Source: Eledone cirrhosa (lineage: Eukaryota). Taken from it: 64,000 bases of DNA. Of the stretch, positions 60,501 through 64,000 are shown piece after piece. Both the position numbers and the translations under genes were made by a program. The notes under the pieces were generated by a model, which did not search any database, was not told the DNA's origin, and saw only the letters and a list, made by a program, of their open reading frames with translations. Location of the stretch: assembly GCA_964016885.1 (NCBI GenBank), contig OZ024744.1:111042001-111106000 (forward strand). The letters are read 5' to 3'. Each line of letters starts with the position of its first letter. Position 1 is the first letter of the stretch.

Positions 60501-63500
60501 TCTGAACACAGTAAAACTACACAATCCACTATAACTTACCTTGCTCTGAACACAGTAAAACTACACAATCCACTATAACTTACTTTGCCATGAACACAGT
60601 AAAACTACACAATCCACTATAACTTACTTTGCCATGAACACAGTAAAACTACACAATCCACTATACCTTACCTTGGCCTGAACACAGTAAAACTACACAA
60701 TCCACTATAGCTTACATTGCTCAGAACACAGTAAAACTACACAATCCATTATAGCTTACCTTGCCCTGAAAACAGTGGAACTACACAATCCACTATAAAT
60801 TACCTTGCTCTGAACACAGTAAAACTACACAATCCACTATAACTTAACTTGCTCTGAACACAGTAAAACTACACAATCCACTATAACTTACCTTGCTCTG
60901 AACACAGTAAAACTACACAATCCACTATAACTTACTTTGCACTGAACACAGTAAAACTACACAATCCACTATAGTTTACCTTGCCCTGAACACAGTAAAA
61001 CTACACAATCCACAATAACGTACCTTGCCCTGAACACAGTAAAACTACTTAAATCACTATAACTTACCTTGCTCTGAACACAGTAAAACTACACAATCCA
61101 CTATACCTTACCTTGCCCTGAACACAGTAAAACTACACAATCCACTAAAACTTACCTTGTTCTGAACACAGTAAAACTACACAATCCACTCTAACTTACC
61201 TTGCCCGGAACAAAGTAAAACTACGTAATCCACTATACCTTACCTTGCCCTGAACACAATGAAACTACACAATCCACTATAACTTACCTTGCTCTGAACA
61301 CAGTAAAACTACACAATCCACTATAAATTACCTTGCCCTGAACACAGTAAAACTACACAATCCACTATTACTTACCTTGCCCTGAACACAGAATAACTAC
61401 ACAATCCACTATAACTTAACTGGCCCTGAACACAGTAAAACTACACAATCCACTATTACTTACCTTGCTCTGAACACAGTAAAACTACACAATCCACTAT
61501 TACTTACCTTGCTCTGAACACAGAAAAACTACACAATCCACTATAACCTACTTTGCCATGAACACAGTAAAACTACACAATCCACTATTACTTACCTTGC
61601 TCTGAACACAGAAAAACTACACAATCCACTATAACTTACTTTGCCATGAACACAGTAAAACTACACAATCCACTATAACTTAACTGGCCCTGAACACAGT
61701 AACACTACACAATCAACTATAACTTACCTTGCTCTGAACACAGTAAAACTACACAATGCACTATAACTTACTTTGCCATGAACACAGTAAAACTACACAA
61801 TCCACTAAAACTTACCTTGCACTGAACACAGTAAAACTACACAATCCACTATAAATTACCTTGTTCTGAACACAGTAAAACTACACAATCCACTCTAACT
61901 TACCTTGCCCGGAACAAAGTAAAACTACGTAATCCACTATACCTTACCTTGCCCTGAACACAGTGAAACTACACAATCCACTATAACTTACCTTGCTCTG
62001 AACACAGTAAAACTACACAATCCACTATAACTTACTTTGCCATGAACACAGTAAAACTACACAATCCACTATAACTTAACTGGCCCTGAACACAGTAACA
62101 CTACACAATCAACTATAACTTACCTTGCTCTGAACACAGTAAAACTACACAATGCACTATAACTTACTTTGCCATGAACACAGTAAAACTACACAATCCA
62201 CTAAAACTTACCTTGCACTGAACACAGTAAAACTACACAATCCACTATAAATTACCTTGTTCTGAACACAGTAAAACTACACAATCCACTCTAACTTACC
62301 TTGCCCGGACCAAAGTAAAACTACGTAATCCACTATACCTTACCTTGCCCTGAACACAGTGAAACTACACAATCAACTATAACTTACCTTGCTCTGAACA
62401 CAGTAAAACTACACAATCCACTATAACTTACTTTGCCATGAACACAGTAAAACTACACAATCCACTATAACTTACCTTGTACTGAACACAGTAAAACTAC
62501 ACAATCCACTATAACTTACCTTGCACTGAACACAGTAAAACTACACAATCCACTATAACTTAACTGGCCCTGAACACAGTAAAACTACACAATCCACTAT
62601 AACTTAACTGGCCCTGAACACAGTAAAACTACAGAATCCACTATAACTTACCTTGCCCAGAACAAAGTAAAACTACGTAATCCACTATACCTTACCATGC
62701 CCTGAACACAGTAAAACTACACAATCCACTATACCTTACCATGCCCTGAACACAGTAAAACTACACAATCCACTATAACTTACCTTGCCCTGAACACAGT
62801 AAAACTACACAATCCTCTATAACTTACCTTGCTGTGAACACAGTAAAACTACACAATCCACTATGCCTTACCTTGCCCTGAACACAGTAAAACTACACAA
62901 TCCTCTATAACTTACATTGCCCTGAACACAGTAAAACTACACAATCCACTATTACTTACATTGCTCTGAACACAGAAAAACTACACAATCCACTATAACT
63001 TACTTTGCCATGAACAGAGTAAAACTACACAATCCACTAAAACTTACCTTGCACTGAACACAGTAAAACTACACAATCCACTATAAATTACCTTGTTCTG
63101 AACACAGTAAAACTACACAATCCACTCTAACTTACCTTGCCCGGACCAAAGTAAAACTACGTAATCCACTATACCTTACCTTGCCCTGAACACAGTGAAA
63201 CTACACAATCAACTATAACTTACCTTGCTCTGAACACAGTAAAACTACACAATCCACTATAACTTACTTTGCCATGAACACAGTAAAACTACACAATCCA
63301 CTATAACTTACCTTGTACTGAACACAGTAAAACTACACAATCCACTATAACTTACCTTGCACTGAACACAGTAAAACTACACAATCCACTATAACTTAAC
63401 TGGCCCTGAACACAGTAAAACTACACAATCCACTATAACTTAACTGGCCCTGAACACAGTAAAACTACAGAATCCACTATAACTTACCTTGCCCAGAACA

Positions 63501-64000
63501 AAGTAAAACTACGTAATCCACTATACCTTACCATGCCCTGAACACAGTAAAACTACACAATCCACTATACCTTACCATGCCCTGAACACAGTAAAACTAC
63601 ACAATCCACTATAACTTACCTTGCCCTGAACACAGTAAAACTACACAATCCTCTATAACTTACCTTGCTGTGAACACAGTAAAACTACACAATCCACTAT
63701 GCCTTACCTTGCCCTGAACACAGTAAAACTACACAATCCTCTATAACTTACATTGCCCTGAACACAGTAAAACTACACAATCCACTATTACTTACATTGC
63801 TCTGAACACAGAAAAACTACACAATCCACTATAACTTAACTGGCCCTGAACACAGTAACACTACACAATCCACTCTAACTTACCTTGCCCAGAACAAAGT
63901 ATAACTACGTAATCCACTATACCTTACCTTGCCCTGAACACAGTCAAACTACACAATCCACTATAGCTTACATTGCTCTGAACACAGTAAAACTACACAA
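57596..64000. repeat. Copy 2 of the 57,595-bp-offset block, truncated by the window end
   Basis: Same order of variant monomers as 1-6405; the last window bases match 6396-6405. Confidence 0.93.

Larger units (their letters stand above)
1..64000. repeat. Tandem satellite/minisatellite array, 44-bp monomer, about 1,455 copies, single orientation, running off both window ends
   Basis: The monomer GCCCTGAACACAGTAAAACTACACAATCCACTATAACTTACCTT recurs every 44 bp (starts at 1, 45, 89...). Most copies carry roughly 0-4 substitutions. Occasional units are 43 bp (one A lost from GTAAAAC), 45 bp (CTAACAC at 32046, 34111) or 46 bp (CCAAACTA at 19651, 22159, 23789, 25990). Confidence 0.99.

Noticed and set aside
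1-64000. CRISPR array (conserved ~28-bp core alternating with a variable segment)
   Set aside because: The variable ~16-nt segments are point variants of a single sequence rather than unique spacers and are too short. No leader or cas genes are present.
1-64000. Unspliced repetitive protein-coding ORF
   Set aside because: Each monomer has stop codons on both strands (+: TGA, TAA, TAA; -: TAA, TAG, TAG), and 44 is not a multiple of 3, so every frame is closed within about three monomers under the standard code.
1-64000. Telomerase-synthesised telomeric repeat
   Set aside because: The 44-bp unit is longer than known telomerase-templated units and lacks a TTAGG(G)-type motif. Variants are inherited in large duplicated blocks, which points to recombinational amplification. 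A subtelomeric location is not excluded.
1-64000. tRNA, rRNA, snRNA or spliced-leader gene array
   Set aside because: The unit is too short and has almost no self-complementarity or recognisable RNA-gene motifs.
1-64000. Promoter elements (TATAA, CAAT) and ATG in GCCATG variants
   Set aside because: These are short motifs expected in AT-rich repeats, and no downstream ORF exists.
1-64000. Assignment to a named satellite family or organism
   Set aside because: I do not recognise the monomer. A Dfam/Repbase/BLAST search would be needed.

Overview
The whole 64-kb window is one uninterrupted head-to-tail tandem array of a 44-bp monomer (about 1,455 copies; + consensus GCCCTGAACACAGTAAAACTACACAATCCACTATAACTTACCTT, 39% GC, only 3 G on the + strand). 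I see no ORFs, RNA genes, transposon insertions, inversions or unique sequence, so it looks like eukaryotic satellite/minisatellite DNA. Monomer variants act as barcodes that reveal nested higher-order repeats (9-, 11-, 19-, 32-, 47-, 94/95- and ~144-monomer periods), domain-restricted variant families, and a 57,595-bp offset at which 1-6405 reappears at 57596-64000. The most striking feature is the minus-strand monomer, which reads as a splice cassette: acceptor TTTTACTGTGTTCAG | 6-nt GGCAAG | perfect donor GTAAGT, followed by a 38-nt GT...AG intron-like stretch. Whether it is ever spliced cannot be decided from the sequence. All comparisons were made by eye at marker positions, not by alignment.
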